This document shows, piece after piece, positions 21,201-29,976 of a stretch of 64,000 nucleotides of DNA. The notes beneath the pieces are model-generated. The model had not been told where the DNA came from. It saw nothing but the letters and a program-made list of their open reading frames with translations, and searched no databases. Every line of letters begins with the position of its first letter. Position 1 is the first letter of the stretch. Source of the DNA: a virus; IMG/VR virus record IMGVR_UViG_3300023184_000093, positions 9,000 to 72,999 of that record. One strand, given 5' to 3'. Both the position numbers and the translations under genes were made by a program.

Positions 21201-24200
21201 TTTTATAGCAGACTCAACTAGTACAACAATTCAAAGAGTATTCACACCGTTTGGTGGTAGTGGTAGTGCATTTTTTGGTAATAGAAATACATTCTTAACT
21301 ATTAGTAGTAGTACAAATTCAGCGTTTGCATTGGGCACCAACGATTTTACTTTAGAAGCCTGGGTATATCAAACGGAACGTAATATATATTTTGGATCAT
21401 TAATTGTTGGAGCACTTACCTATAATGTATCTCTTCTTTCTTCAGATTGGCATTGGATAATTGATCCTAGTGGATATCTAAATTTTCAGTCAGGGTATCC
21501 TGCAGTTTATAGTGCAACATCAAATGTTAAAGTTCCATTAAATGTGTGGACACATGTTTCGTTTGTAAGAAATTTTGGATCACCTTCTTTCTATATAAAT
21601 GGAAAGAGTGCAGGTGGTTCTCTTTCAAATTCTACTAGAAATTCAGCAGCCGGTAGTTTATGGTGGGATAATGACGTTGATCTTTATAAAAATACGTCTG
21701 TATATATTAGTACCTCAACCGTTTCAATGTATGATAATTATACCTCCGATGAATGGAGTTTCTTACATAACGGCCAGCAAGATTATACAATTGATCTTTG
21801 GGTTTATTCTAGTTCGTTGTGGGGTGGGTATGCATGGGACGACCCTCTCATCAACCCCTCGTCAACTTCTATTATCAATACTGGGCACTTATCAACGCCA
21901 ATAGGCTTATACATTACTGATTTTGGTGCAGTTAATTTAGCAACTAATTTTGCTCCTTATTATATGTTTACCGTACCTCCTGGACAAGCCCCAAATGATT
22001 TAGCCGGTACTTGGGGCACTAAAATAAGTGGATCACTTTGGTATGGAATTTCTAATGCCACTGAATATATTGGTGTTTACGCAGGTGCTGGATCTATTCA
22101 ACCAAATATATGGAATCATATAGCAGTAACATTTAAATCTAGCACCAAAGAAATAAAACTTTTTATAAATGGAAAAAATCAATCTGTAACTGTACATAGA
22201 ATGTTAACCAATGGAGCGACCGCTAGTGGAAGTTTTTCATATCCTACTGGTCCTTCGAAGTATACTTTAGGAGTAGGCGGCGCACCCTTCTCTGGATATA
22301 TGACAAATATACGTATAACTAAATCCATTGTATACACCACTGACTATACTATAGTAATACCTACACCTAATATTACTAATGCCATAACATTATTATTAGT
22401 TAATAGTAATGCCAATAAATTTTTAGATTCTAGTGATGGTAATAGGCCACTGCGTTTTGATACTACTGCCAACCCTATTATCTACAGCCCTACATTTAGT
22501 AACAATGTACCATCTATTGTAGTTAATGCGGTAGGATCTACTTTAAGTTTGAATTTTAATGGCAGTTCATATCTAACAGTTCCTTCTAATCCAATATTTG
22601 CATTTGGTACTGGAGATTTCACTGTTGAATGTTGGTGGTATCAAAGCGTGGCCAATACAGATCGAGGGTTTTTAAGCAGCATAGCAGCTACAACTGGCAC
22701 ACCTGCCGTCGGTATACAATTAGCAGGCAACGGTGCATTTACTGGTTTGAATACAGGTGGATCATTTGACACATTCTCATGGACACTACCACTAAGTCAA
22801 TGGAATCATGTAGCCTTTGTTAGAATTAATGGAATAGCATATGCTTATGTAAATGGTGTGCTCGCATCATCTGGTCCTACTACCCTAGGTAATAATTTAG
22901 TTGGTTCTGGATTTGTTATAGGATGCTCATATACTAATAATTTTAGTTTTCTAGCAGTTGGTTATATTTCTAATGTGCGAGTAGTTAAAGGTCTAGGAGT
23001 ATATAACAATAACTTTATTAAACCAACTTCAACATTAACTAATATCACAAATACTGTATTATTATTAAATGTGAACTCATCCGGTAATTATCTAAAAGAT
23101 GATAGCACTACTAATTTTTCTCCTATTACAATTACAGGAAATGTAACTTATAATGCCAGCACACCGTTTAGTTCTGGTGGCAGTTTAGCTTTTGATCAGG
23201 GTGGAGCAGCATCACGCTTGACTTTACCTAGTTCCACAGCATTTAATTTAACTGGTAATTTTACATTAGAAGCATGGATATACCCTACATATTTACTATC
23301 AGGTGGCAATGGAATATTTGATGCCAGAGTTACTGGTGCATCTGCTCTACCGTGGGCTTGGTATGTTGACGGTCCTACTAAGGCACTAGCGTTTTTCAAT
23401 GGAACATATTATATAGGTACTACTCCTATTACTACAAGTACCTGGACACATATTGCTGCCACAAGATCAGGTAGTAATTTTAGAATGTATGTTAATGGTA
23501 TTTTAGATTATACCGCTAGCATAACTGGTGCAATAAGCCCTGGATCTACAAGTGCAGTAGTTGGTATAAAAGATGATAATCTTATCAACTACAAACCAAT
23601 TAATTATATTACTAATTTAAGAATAGTTAATGGTACAGCACTATATACTGGTACTTTTACGGTACCTACTCTCGAATTACAAACTACTCAGCAAGGAACA
23701 GGCACTTATATAAGTGCAATTTTTACCGCAAGTTATGTTTCGTTATTAACAGCACAACACTATGCTATAGCAGATATCAGCGTATTTAATAATTCTATAA
23801 CTAATAATAATGCAGTTAGTGTTTCTAACACAGTGAAACCAGCTCTTACTTTTGATCTAGCAAATGCTAATTTTATTAATACACAAAATATTAATATTGG
23901 AGGGCATGAAAATACTACAGCAACCGCGTTTAGAGGTTACATGAGTAATTTACATGTTGTAAAAGGTCAGGCCAAATATGGTAATGCTTTTAAAACACCT
24001 ACTACTGATTTTACCACACTTACTAATAGTGTATTATTAACAATGTTAAGTACAGATACTAGGTTTGTAGATTACTCAGCCAATGCATTTACTATAACTA
24101 ATACTTCTACATCATTACAAGGATTCTCACCATTTGATGTAAATTATAGTACATATTTTAATGGTACTAGTTATATAAGTATTGGTGACTCATTACCTCT

Positions 24201-27200
24201 TAATCTTTCATCTAGTACAAATTGGACCATAGAAACTTGGGTAAATCCATTAGGAAATTATAGTGTTAACAATAGTATATTATTTGCAAAACGTAATGCT
24301 AGTGCTGGAGCACCTCTTTACAATAGTTTGTATTTTAATGGAACTTCAAATCTAACAGTTACTTCATCAAATTCACCAGGATTTGTTGGTGCTGGTGAAG
24401 ACACTATTGAATGTTGGGTTAATTTTTCATCTTTTACACTTGGCTCTCGCCACGTAATTTTCCAAATTTATAACGGTAATTCAACTTATAACGGAACAAG
24501 TCTAACTTATAGACCCACAGATGGTAATACTGGTACGTTTATTGCTAGTATAGGGAATTCATCAGGGATTAATTCACAGGAGATCTATAGTAATACTGTT
24601 ATTGTAGTTACAAATAAATGGTACCATGTAGCTCTCCAAGCAAATAATCAAGGAGTCTACGCGACCCAAATTGTTCATTCATTGTATCTTAATGGAACTC
24701 CTATTATACTTTATGATTCTTTTGTATCCATCCAGCCCCCCAGTGATTTTTACAATCCGGATAGATCAGCAGATATAGTGCTATCTATAGGAGCAGCATT
24801 ATCAACATATGCAGGGACTGTCAACCTAATAGGTTACATATCAAACTTTAGAATAGTTAACGGTATAGCATTATATAACAGTTTAGTTGATAGGTTAAAT
24901 GACAGTGTTTACCCAATTAAAACAGTAAACAATGTCCCAGAAACTGGACATTTGACATATACAGGTAAGGTTAATATCCCCCTACTACCATTTGGTACCA
25001 CACAACTTGCTAATCCTTCCGGGGGCATTAATACCCGGGCATTATCAACTTCAAGCTATACTACATTATTAGTAGGTAGATTCACAGGAGGTCTTGATTC
25101 TATTGTTGACTATAGTGATTATAATTTATCTATAGTTAATAATTCTGTTGTGGTTTCTACACTTGCTAATAATCAAGTTGGAAGTTTATATTTTAATGGC
25201 AGTTCATATTTAACAGCACCAGTTGGAGCAAGTACATTTGGTACAGGTGATTTTACGGTTGAATGTTGGTTCTATAAAACAGCGGCCCTGAATAGCACAT
25301 TATTAAGCAATGTGCCAAGTGGTGTTGATATTAATTATTGGGCATTATCTACCTATGCTGATGGACATTGTCAATTTACAATAAGAGATGCTAGTCAAAT
25401 ATTTGTTACTGGTAGTATAATCACTGCAATTAACACATGGGTTCATCTAGCGGTAACAAGAACATCTGGACTTGTTAAATTGTTTGTTAATGGTGTATTA
25501 GATAATTCAGGGACTATTACTAAAACCGTTACTGCTAGAATAACTGTTATTGGGGCTTTCTTATATACTGGATATTTGTCGTATTTCCAAGGTTATATGT
25601 CTAATGTTAGAATAGTAACCGGTGCCGCAGTGTATACCACTGCATTTATTAAACCATATGCACCATTGAGCAATACACAAACTTCTAATACAAGTGGTCT
25701 TCCAAGTATAGCAATTCCATCTTTAAATTATAGTGCATCATTTGATGGAAGCACACAATATTTGTATGTTCCAACTACTACTGATATGGTGCTTGGTACT
25801 GGAGATTTTACTATAGAACTATGGGTATATTTGAATGCTGCACCGGCGTCTGGCAAAGTGTTTCTAATGTTAGATTTTAGACCTGCTCTTACACCTAGTA
25901 CAGCGGCCGGATATATTAACTTCTACGTTAGCCCAAGTTTACAAATTGGGGCAAATCTTGCTGCATTTTCTTATGGAGGTGGAACTGCATTGGCTCTTAG
26001 TACCTGGTATCATGTAGCTTTGGTCAGACGAAATAGTAATTCAAATATATATATTAATGGATCGGCTATTGGAGGAGGAATTACTGATACAAATAATTAT
26101 CTCGGTGCAACAAATAGACCAGTAATTGGCACAGATAGTAATTCTGTGTTAGCAGCTGGATATTCTTTAAATGGTTACATCTCTAACCTAAGAATAGTAA
26201 AAGGCATTAGTGCATACGCAGGTAACTTTACCAAGCCAACTAGTTCACTAACTCTTAGCCAGGTTCCATCGGGTAATATACTTAGAATTCCTGCAAGTTT
26301 GAATACATTAACTTATAAAATTTTCTCAATCACTGGAAACACTGGAAACAATGCAACAAATGGATATATAAAACTAGGGAATGGTAACATATACTTTAAT
26401 TTATATGATATTTGGTCAGCAGAATGTTGGTTCTATTCCCCCACTGGTTCATCATTTGGTCAAATTATGGGAACACGGAGCAGCTTGAATGCTGGATATG
26501 CTGCTTTTCTCTTTGCAGAAGTTAATAATGTATTACAATTTTATTCTTCTTCTAACGCCTCTAGTTGGGATTTGTTTAATACGCCAGTTAATACTGTTGC
26601 AACCATAACACCAAATACATGGCATCACATAGCGGTTAGTAGAACTACTACTACAATGTATGTTTATTATGATGGAACAGTATCACTTACACGTGACCTT
26701 ACAGGAATTGGATTTTCTGGATCTCAACATAACATTTATATGGGTGCAGGCGATTATTTAAACCAGGGCAGCGATAGTTGGACAGGATATATTGCTGATT
26801 TTAGATTTGTTACTGGTGAAACTCCGTATACTGGTACAAATTTTACTCCTCCTAGTATACCATTAGAAGCTACACAAGAAAAGTCTGGTCAAATTGGACC
26901 AATTGTATTTACAACCTCAACACGTTTTTTAGTTGGCGGAACACTTCCAACTCCAGGCTACTCGCTTGGTCTAGGAGCACTAACTATTGCTGATCGTAGT
27001 TATTATCAGAATCCTGAAGTAACACGATGGCCATCCTTTTTTCCAGGTTCTGTTGGTACCTCAGTAGCTGGTATATTAGGTGGAACTACTCCTGGATTCC
27101 CTACACTTACTCCAAATTATACTACTTTATTAACATTGCAATCACCAATTGTTGCAAATACTTCTAATAATAATGTTAGCATTGTTAATATAGGTACTGT

Positions 27201-29049
27201 TCTTACTACAACTAAAAATCCTTTTGGTGCAGCAGCAACTAGTTTGTTAACAGCAAATTTTGTTGATGAAAATATATCCATTGTTGATTCATCAGGAAAT
27301 TCATTTGCTATTACTAATGTTGGTGGAGTTACTACTTCTACTGCATTAAATCCATTTGCAGCAGCATATGGATCGGCAACTGCATCTTATGAAGGATATT
27401 TAAATAGCGGTACAGGCTTTTTAGGATTCTTTGACGGAACAACTTACTCAACATCTACAACGGCATTAACTAGTGGTATATGGAGTCACGTTGCTTATAC
27501 ATATGATGGTACCGCTATTCCACCTAGTGTTAATATCTACGTAAATGGCGTCCGTGTTCATCAAACTTCTACACTTTCAATTCAAGATAATCAGGAAACT
27601 TTATACATTGGTGGTGCTTCAGGTGTTATTGAACATTTTTATGGAAATATGAGTAATTTTAGAATAATTAAAGATTATTCATTATATCTTGGATCTTATT
27701 TTGGCGACATTCCTAAATCAATTTTAACCACAAATATTAATACTATTCCTTATCCAAATACATCTACTATTGCTAGCAGTGTATCATTATTAACATTACA
27801 AAGAGGTTCAATTAATGATAATTCAACCTATCAAAATACTGTGTCATTTGGTGGAACACCAACCACTGTATTAATCTCTCCATTTGGAAGTTCTACAATT
27901 ATAAGTACATATTTTAATAGTGGAACAAATTATTTGACTATATCTGCACAAAACGCTTTAAGTTTAGGTGTTGGTGATTTCACTGTAGAGGTATGGGTAT
28001 ATCCAACAGCACCACAGAGTACACTAGCTGGATATTATTCGTCAATTCTTGATGCAAGAGCAAGTGTAGGAGGTATACCATGGATAGTTTCATTAATAAC
28101 TATTGCTGGTGGTGCTCTTAAAGCAATCTTTTATGATGGAACCCAACGTACAGCATCAACTACTGTGCCATTAGGAACTTGGACACATATAGCATGGACA
28201 AGAACAAATTCTATATTAAGAATATTTGTTAACGGTGTAGTAGATTATGTATTAACTAATCACACAATTAATCTATCTGCTGGTACAACTCAATATATAG
28301 GAAGACTGTATGATGGTAATCCTCATTGGTATCAAGGTTATATATCTAATTTAAGAGTAGTTAAAGGTACTTCATTATATACAGGAAACTTTGTTCCATC
28401 ACAAATACCTTTAACTTCAGTAGCAGGTACTTCAACTAATTTATTAACAAACTTTGTTGATACCAGAGCCTTTGATTATTCAGGTAATACAGTAATTAAA
28501 GCAAATACAAGTTCGGTGACTTTAGTAAATTCAGTGGCTAAAAATAATTTATATAGTATTGGATTTAATGGAAGTACTGATTTTATAACTGTTTCTAGCA
28601 GTACAGGATTTATTTACAACGCCAATGATTTTACTTGGGAACTGTGGGTATATCCTACAAGTCCAATTTGGGCTACCACCTCAACATACTTTATAGAACA
28701 TGGTATTAATGGTGGAAGTTTAAGATATGCCAACAATAAAGTTTTCTACTATAACATAAGTACGGCTACTTCTACCGCTAGTACCGTATTAAGTATTAGT
28801 TCATCTACATGGACACATATAGCAGTGGCTAGATCTAGTGGTCTTACATCCTTATTTGTCAATGGATCCTTTGTAGTTAACACTCCTGATTATTATAGTT
28901 ACAATACAGCAACAATTGTAACTATTGGAAATACCAGCACTGCTTCAAGAAACTATTTCCAAGGATATATAGAAGATTTACGTATTACTAAAGGTGTGGC
29001 ACGTTATTCATCAACTTTTGTACCACCTATAAAATTATCTAATAGATAA
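12217..29049 (+). CDS. Giant fibre/adhesin protein: N-terminal Gly-rich domain plus about 22 LamG/ConA-like domains
   Basis: 5610-aa uninterrupted ORF; LamG signature motifs counted by eye. Confidence 0.9.
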   Translation: MPYDLGVIKRQRREPPVISTSTYGGNFVGFYSTGIGDNINYYAVHVFTSSGQFTKPSYVTTTTAQVLVVAGGGGGGLAGGISTSPGGGGGAGGVINSSTYSITATLTILIGAGGPAAGGDVDPAIGTGSASTVTNGVTILVASGGGRGGYNYSTGIDPQASGGAGGSGGGGSYAGFGLGGASTSTQGNIGGTGNAGYTGSPLYAGGGGGAGAVGGSANASASGQGGSGTITLITGSPIWLAGGGGGGANATGYNNGSYGGGGPGGTTSAVAGVAGTTNSGGGGGGGGGTTGAGGSGGSGIVIISYAIPANLYPINQSDPYFGNNSLLLNSLALLPAASLNKISSIISDLSLNQYAVTNNGSLTGKLNPFAPGPYHSLYFNGNNFISIATINAMPATTTDFTVEFWMYTVSSDNITNHWLIGTIVTNGFYVFHRNNYINIGQVGVITYTSPAVFSLNQWTHVAIVRASNIFYIYQNGTSVFTQSWNPTLVAGGVYIGGASSQNAFHTGYLSNVRVVSSVVYTGNFAIPTEPLSTVQNASSNNISVITAGTTLLTGRFATTSTSIVDYSTLTNSMVNFGVTPSSLNPFNNLNSYSVSFNNSSLSATKTNGWVSGNYTVEAWVYLNTVTNASNSMLIAGTYGYGNIIPYMFGWELTINNYLITLNFQSDTTGYNPIKIKTLATTAINTGGQLLTDISLYNAPLNISSNLSQSLESWIFPTNPFNNRYGSFANMAMYNSLYNFNYGPVSRPRMDTIPSFDGATRTFTLEAWIFMDPNLPVFNLAGPIIQGVDWAFGIGNNGTACKLQFVYRRWNSSSATRDFYPYLEGPNNKSMTSTASVPIGQWVHVAFVKNVNPIYPSFYINGVQEISNTGFYYTGGDYMNPDNTYAQVGGVGLLSYVTTGNIGTTGYLDMNAKLFAFISNVRLVQGVAVYTGNFTVPTDNLTITQSSGTNISAIVSNTATTLLTAVTTASITQQVFSTSTWYHVAFTKSSNIVSLYVNGVGYASLTLPDSNFQEKNILQIGKSYSPNNIFLGTFYGTPLYGNISNFRIVNGTVVYPGNFTVPNGPLQLTQVANAYGGTNTAAISNATSVTFLTAKYYSYVGLLLGFNDAGSNNLVVTPTGNPGQGTFSPFGNNWSMLFNGTTDHLSIPIANSSNSGTSFALAFNNNNWTIETWAYLTANAGTAYIAGQYNTSNYSPLGLYITGNKPAVGVSNAGTLWNINPTSPNVLSTGTWNHIAAVRNGGRYSLYVNGIEQIFAVSSVPTVDNSVNAGVLVATNTINSALNPFDQSIYNSLYFDGGSYLNLSANAGYNFGTGDFTIECWIYPLAYVVGSATASEIIDLWSNASGSFIVGQWQIQISAAGLIQFPYATGAAGAATLTSIAIITLNAWSHVAVVRSGSAVGNLKIYLNGAVVATSAGAVIQNIGSTGAGSIGKQTNVASIPYCYNGYISNVRIVKGQALYTASFVPPASSIGVVQVGVAGGGLATSTSTNTTQLLVGKFIDQRYFFDDYSLNNFTLTNNGGVSAATLYPPINSTSTFNSMYFNGTTQYLTIPNATAITLNTGDFTIEAWVYTTVLNGQNGIFGKRELLQYYGVIFRVLNSTNKLVMQIASDTGNTWAIDANLDFGLPALTINTWYHVALVRNGSSFRIYQNGVGGTIYTYAGLIAHNTAPGYIGKSDGSGGGQFWNGYISNFRIVKGVAVYTNNFTVPTGPLNNAQVANPYGGFNTQGINNNGTSILIAKSSSLINEGNVAVDYSIVPNYMTSAVRPTVNNFFPPIGSTSTYYNSLFFDGTQSLTLTAPQTSLSFGTTGEFTIEMWVYPTALALDGIAAGLIDARAGQSGSPWALDLTLSGGNMYLHMTVNTGGGPTGVTPIPLNNWTHIVFTKQNGAIKYYVNGALDISSTSNANTSPLDAGSATQVIGRNNESGRFFKGYISNLRIVKGLAVYTGPFTIPTRPLTITQTANPYGGSNVQAISTGTYTSLLTILPVNVSNIVDYSTNTSVITIGSGTVSLSTLDPFIASTYNLHSVYFNGNSSLSLTSSRLALGSLLFNGTSQTLTFSAQTALSFGTGDLTIEMWVYPTSLAPDGIYAGLIDARSGSGNTSWNVGLFVSAGNMYAYMQIIGATGNPSGTTIIPLNAWTHIAWTRQSSTFKIFVNGVVDYTASETRAIDAGGTSQTIGRHNEAGRYYRGYISTLRIVKGTAVYTSSFNPLLQVIGNIVNTSLLLLVTSDANKIIDSSSTPVTLTNNGAVSFSSVTVPPAPQYWLYSDHTVESWVYLNSSTITTNNITSNMLIAGTYDGATTTGWEWTINPYVMTLNYRNSGVVISFGTSQLPILSQVIADRGGIGLSPTNTAVTLSPASPLSDGYGSLYFNGTNAQITNPKNSGFDYGSGSFTIESWVYYLGTVASTTIIGHQAGPTPGRSWMFTMLIAGHLYFDWSSNGSYGTPGSFVSSSTAPLNQWNHVAFVRNGTIYTFYINGVAAGSGSMTAGIAFPNSGSLAIGYTANETTSGQSFFKGYISNLRVVKGLAVYTGNFTPTGRLTSTQVAGTNIQAILTASYTSILLAANPAVSSQTFALNTWHHVVFTRQGTTSTMYINGVQTTSTVISGYTDQYTLRLGYIGFTSPTSSYLTGYLSNFRIVNGVAVYTGTNFLPPTGVLTLQQPANPFGGTNTNAITDTNNIRISTLAFSGVTITPYNTNSNMLIGRAGSGITSVFPGYLSNFRIVNGTAVYTGNFTAPRAPLSLLKNTSLLIAASSWYVDKSPYNFQISTGTVSSVPAITKFTPYKIPGEYNRSIVGGSIYFNTTTAAGQNLSLGSPSSLALGSGNYTVECWIYINAYNTLNSVIIDWRTNAGTTAGVPVLYLLANGTIQWQNTGGTGLLTSAVTSPISDRIILNTWNHIAMVRYNSMLYMYINGVVVANVADSTALTIQTLFINSPITASNQTLFGYVSNVRILAGTALYVPSIVVPTTTLTVLPDTALLALKTNATLIKDNSQNNFFIADSTSTTIQRVFTPFGGSGSAFFGNRNTFLTISSSTNSAFALGTNDFTLEAWVYQTERNIYFGSLIVGALTYNVSLLSSDWHWIIDPSGYLNFQSGYPAVYSATSNVKVPLNVWTHVSFVRNFGSPSFYINGKSAGGSLSNSTRNSAAGSLWWDNDVDLYKNTSVYISTSTVSMYDNYTSDEWSFLHNGQQDYTIDLWVYSSSLWGGYAWDDPLINPSSTSIINTGHLSTPIGLYITDFGAVNLATNFAPYYMFTVPPGQAPNDLAGTWGTKISGSLWYGISNATEYIGVYAGAGSIQPNIWNHIAVTFKSSTKEIKLFINGKNQSVTVHRMLTNGATASGSFSYPTGPSKYTLGVGGAPFSGYMTNIRITKSIVYTTDYTIVIPTPNITNAITLLLVNSNANKFLDSSDGNRPLRFDTTANPIIYSPTFSNNVPSIVVNAVGSTLSLNFNGSSYLTVPSNPIFAFGTGDFTVECWWYQSVANTDRGFLSSIAATTGTPAVGIQLAGNGAFTGLNTGGSFDTFSWTLPLSQWNHVAFVRINGIAYAYVNGVLASSGPTTLGNNLVGSGFVIGCSYTNNFSFLAVGYISNVRVVKGLGVYNNNFIKPTSTLTNITNTVLLLNVNSSGNYLKDDSTTNFSPITITGNVTYNASTPFSSGGSLAFDQGGAASRLTLPSSTAFNLTGNFTLEAWIYPTYLLSGGNGIFDARVTGASALPWAWYVDGPTKALAFFNGTYYIGTTPITTSTWTHIAATRSGSNFRMYVNGILDYTASITGAISPGSTSAVVGIKDDNLINYKPINYITNLRIVNGTALYTGTFTVPTLELQTTQQGTGTYISAIFTASYVSLLTAQHYAIADISVFNNSITNNNAVSVSNTVKPALTFDLANANFINTQNINIGGHENTTATAFRGYMSNLHVVKGQAKYGNAFKTPTTDFTTLTNSVLLTMLSTDTRFVDYSANAFTITNTSTSLQGFSPFDVNYSTYFNGTSYISIGDSLPLNLSSSTNWTIETWVNPLGNYSVNNSILFAKRNASAGAPLYNSLYFNGTSNLTVTSSNSPGFVGAGEDTIECWVNFSSFTLGSRHVIFQIYNGNSTYNGTSLTYRPTDGNTGTFIASIGNSSGINSQEIYSNTVIVVTNKWYHVALQANNQGVYATQIVHSLYLNGTPIILYDSFVSIQPPSDFYNPDRSADIVLSIGAALSTYAGTVNLIGYISNFRIVNGIALYNSLVDRLNDSVYPIKTVNNVPETGHLTYTGKVNIPLLPFGTTQLANPSGGINTRALSTSSYTTLLVGRFTGGLDSIVDYSDYNLSIVNNSVVVSTLANNQVGSLYFNGSSYLTAPVGASTFGTGDFTVECWFYKTAALNSTLLSNVPSGVDINYWALSTYADGHCQFTIRDASQIFVTGSIITAINTWVHLAVTRTSGLVKLFVNGVLDNSGTITKTVTARITVIGAFLYTGYLSYFQGYMSNVRIVTGAAVYTTAFIKPYAPLSNTQTSNTSGLPSIAIPSLNYSASFDGSTQYLYVPTTTDMVLGTGDFTIELWVYLNAAPASGKVFLMLDFRPALTPSTAAGYINFYVSPSLQIGANLAAFSYGGGTALALSTWYHVALVRRNSNSNIYINGSAIGGGITDTNNYLGATNRPVIGTDSNSVLAAGYSLNGYISNLRIVKGISAYAGNFTKPTSSLTLSQVPSGNILRIPASLNTLTYKIFSITGNTGNNATNGYIKLGNGNIYFNLYDIWSAECWFYSPTGSSFGQIMGTRSSLNAGYAAFLFAEVNNVLQFYSSSNASSWDLFNTPVNTVATITPNTWHHIAVSRTTTTMYVYYDGTVSLTRDLTGIGFSGSQHNIYMGAGDYLNQGSDSWTGYIADFRFVTGETPYTGTNFTPPSIPLEATQEKSGQIGPIVFTTSTRFLVGGTLPTPGYSLGLGALTIADRSYYQNPEVTRWPSFFPGSVGTSVAGILGGTTPGFPTLTPNYTTLLTLQSPIVANTSNNNVSIVNIGTVLTTTKNPFGAAATSLLTANFVDENISIVDSSGNSFAITNVGGVTTSTALNPFAAAYGSATASYEGYLNSGTGFLGFFDGTTYSTSTTALTSGIWSHVAYTYDGTAIPPSVNIYVNGVRVHQTSTLSIQDNQETLYIGGASGVIEHFYGNMSNFRIIKDYSLYLGSYFGDIPKSILTTNINTIPYPNTSTIASSVSLLTLQRGSINDNSTYQNTVSFGGTPTTVLISPFGSSTIISTYFNSGTNYLTISAQNALSLGVGDFTVEVWVYPTAPQSTLAGYYSSILDARASVGGIPWIVSLITIAGGALKAIFYDGTQRTASTTVPLGTWTHIAWTRTNSILRIFVNGVVDYVLTNHTINLSAGTTQYIGRLYDGNPHWYQGYISNLRVVKGTSLYTGNFVPSQIPLTSVAGTSTNLLTNFVDTRAFDYSGNTVIKANTSSVTLVNSVAKNNLYSIGFNGSTDFITVSSSTGFIYNANDFTWELWVYPTSPIWATTSTYFIEHGINGGSLRYANNKVFYYNISTATSTASTVLSISSSTWTHIAVARSSGLTSLFVNGSFVVNTPDYYSYNTATIVTIGNTSTASRNYFQGYIEDLRITKGVARYSSTFVPPIKLSNR

Positions 29050-29070
29050 TTATACCGAATAAATATATAT

Positions 29071-29907
29071 ATGACAGCTATTAATTTTCCAACAACATCA
29101 ACTAACGGTACGGTTTTCTCATTTGGTGAAAGAACCTGGACTTGGGTGGGTAACGAAACTGGATTTTGGAAAGCCACAAGTACAACATTAGGTTATACAG
29201 GTAGTACAGGATACACAGGTAGTAGGGGTGTTCCTGGTCCTAGCGGATCTGCTACTAATCCTTGGTTTAGTACATCAACTAATTATACAGCAATAGATGG
29301 TGATAGAATCATATTGAATAACACTTATGAAGCGTTTAGTATAACATTACCTGCAATTGCCAGCATCGGTACATATATACAAATGACAGATGGTAATGAT
29401 CTAAGTAATGGAAATCCAGTTACTGTACTAAGAAATGGTAATACTATAGAAGGTGCCGCTAACGATATAAGTTTAGATCTTAAAGGTAGTACATTTGAAT
29501 TTGTATACAATGGTTCAACCTGGCAGGTTACTGCTACGGGTGGTCCAAAGGGTGCAATTGGATACACTGGCAGTGTTGGTGCTAATACTATCACACTACA
29601 ACAACCAGGAAATTTAGTAACGTTTGTCGGAACGGCTCGATGGTATGCTCCATTTGCTTGTAATGTAACATCTGTAAAACCCAGGGTTAGAATTGCACCT
29701 GATGCTGTTGTTAGTATAAATTTATGTAAAAATGGATTCGCTATATCAAATATAAACATATCAACAGGGCAAACATCAGGTACAGCTGACACAACTGGTT
29801 ATGTACTAGCCTCAGGTGATTATTTAACTGTTAATGTTTTATCGGTAGGATCAACATCGTATCCGGGTGTTGATTTGTATGTACAATTACAATACCAACC
29901 GATTTAA
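29071..29907 (+). CDS. Virion structural/fibre protein with short GYTGS collagen-like linkers
   Basis: 'MTAINFP...TWTW...WKA' N-terminus; 'ITLPA...VTVLRNGNTIEG...FEFVYNGSTWQV' fibre repeat. Confidence 0.7.
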   Translation: MTAINFPTTSTNGTVFSFGERTWTWVGNETGFWKATSTTLGYTGSTGYTGSRGVPGPSGSATNPWFSTSTNYTAIDGDRIILNNTYEAFSITLPAIASIGTYIQMTDGNDLSNGNPVTVLRNGNTIEGAANDISLDLKGSTFEFVYNGSTWQVTATGGPKGAIGYTGSVGANTITLQQPGNLVTFVGTARWYAPFACNVTSVKPRVRIAPDAVVSINLCKNGFAISNINISTGQTSGTADTTGYVLASGDYLTVNVLSVGSTSYPGVDLYVQLQYQPI

Positions 29908-29976
29908 TATTAAACTGGATTTTAGGCATAAATACAATAAAATTGCAGCATTGTCTGCGTATATAACGGAAAAATT

